DNA of 64,000 bases, taken from positions 32,068 to 96,067 of the forward strand of contig CAYFXC010000005.1 in assembly GCA_964347045.1 (NCBI GenBank), written 5' to 3'. Position 1 is the stretch's first letter. Each line of letters opens with the position of its first letter. This stretch comes from an uncultured archaeon. Lineage in GTDB: Archaea; Asgardarchaeota; Hermodarchaeia; Hermodarchaeales; Hermodarchaeaceae. A model generated the notes under the pieces. It saw only the letters and a program-made list of their open reading frames with translations. It did not search any database and was not told the DNA's origin. The position numbers and the translations under genes were made by a program. Shown in pieces: positions 63,504-64,000 of the stretch.

Positions 63504-64000
63504 TTGAATGAACTTATACTTGTAAGGCATGGACAACCTGAACACCATGTAAAAGGATTGACAGGTGGGTGGACCAACACGCCACTCACTGAATTGGGTC
63601 GAAACCAAGCCTATCTGACTGGTCAGAGATTAAAAGAGTTGATTACAGAATCATCAGTAACTATGTATTCGAGTGACTTAGATCGAGCCACTGAAACTGC
63701 CCAGATAATCGGTGAAATTCTAGAGATAACTCCCAATCTTGAGAAGGCTCTTCGAGATATAAATTGGGGAATAGTAGCAGATCTGCCTCTTGAAGACGCT
63801 CTTGAACTGGAATTAGAGAGAACGGAACCAATATTGGATTGAGTTCCCTTTCCAGGAGCAGAAAGTTGGCGAATGCTTCATCAACGAGTAGCCCCGTTCC
63901 TAGATGAAATCAATACAGAGGTGTCAGACTCCGTTCTCATCGTTAGTCATGCGAATATCATTGAAGAGATTATCCTTTGGTGGCTAGAACTTCAACTTGA
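63504..64000 (+). pseudogene. Histidine-phosphatase (phosphoglycerate-mutase-like) gene interrupted by in-frame TGA at 63840-63842; 3' end outside window
   Basis: LILVRHGQPEHH (RHG), SSDLDRATETA and DINWG precede the TGA. The same frame continues with VPFPGAESW...VLIVSHANII (GES and SH motifs) to the window edge. TTG start. Confidence 0.7.

Noticed and set aside
63840-63842. Genome-wide TGA reassignment (code 4 or 25-like) as the explanation for the in-frame TGA
   Set aside because: Several well-supported genes in the window terminate at TGA with proper C-termini and coupled downstream starts, so TGA is a normal stop here.
1-64000. CRISPR arrays, IS elements/transposases, integrases, prophage genes and rRNA
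   Set aside because: Reading the intergenic regions and the ORF track, I found no regularly spaced direct repeats, no DDE/tyrosine-recombinase-like ORFs and no rRNA-like sequence. The only tRNA found is tRNA-Trp.

Overview
The window is a gene-dense chromosomal segment (about 60 CDS on both strands) from a moderately AT-rich organism that is most likely an archaeon. The evidence is a tRNA-Trp(CCA) with a 68-nt intron at the canonical 37/38 position, an archaeal/eukaryotic-type TrpRS, an ADP-forming acetyl-CoA-synthetase-type protein, a Tfx-like regulator, TATA-like boxes, many GTG/TTG starts, and operon genes whose stops and starts overlap. Finer taxonomy cannot be decided from this sequence.

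Content is mostly housekeeping and central metabolism:
- A contiguous uvrB-uvrA-uvrC block.
- leuC/leuD plus an isopropylmalate-dehydrogenase-family gene.
- A GlcD/GlcF-like FAD/Fe-S oxidase pair, a second GlcD-like enzyme, and an LctP-family permease.
- H+-pyrophosphatase, a divergent PEPCK-like protein, and glycerate 2-kinase.
- Acyl-CoA dehydrogenase and an acyl-CoA ligase.
- Two Eis-like GNAT paralogs and an HDAC-like deacetylase.
- A redox island: rubrerythrin, an FTR-rubredoxin fusion, a Grx-like protein and an MBL-rhodanese protein.

I saw no rRNA, CRISPR array, transposase or integrase.

The most unusual items are:
1. A translationally coupled four-gene SMC-like module at the left edge (ATPase, kleisin-sized protein, tandem winged-helix protein, Zn-ribbon protein).
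2. A roughly 100-130 nt intergenic element present twice, conserved at nucleotide level but not protein level, with a possible closing helix.
3. A divergent TrpRS / tRNA-Trp pair whose tRNA intron carries an antisense match to its own anticodon loop and box C/D-like motifs.
4. A 1148-aa surface protein that reads as a clan-CD (gingipain-like) peptidase with a roughly 460-aa FG-GAP-like insertion between the putative catalytic His and Cys.
5. A histidine-phosphatase gene interrupted by an in-frame TGA.

All functional calls come from motif recognition by eye. No database search was run.
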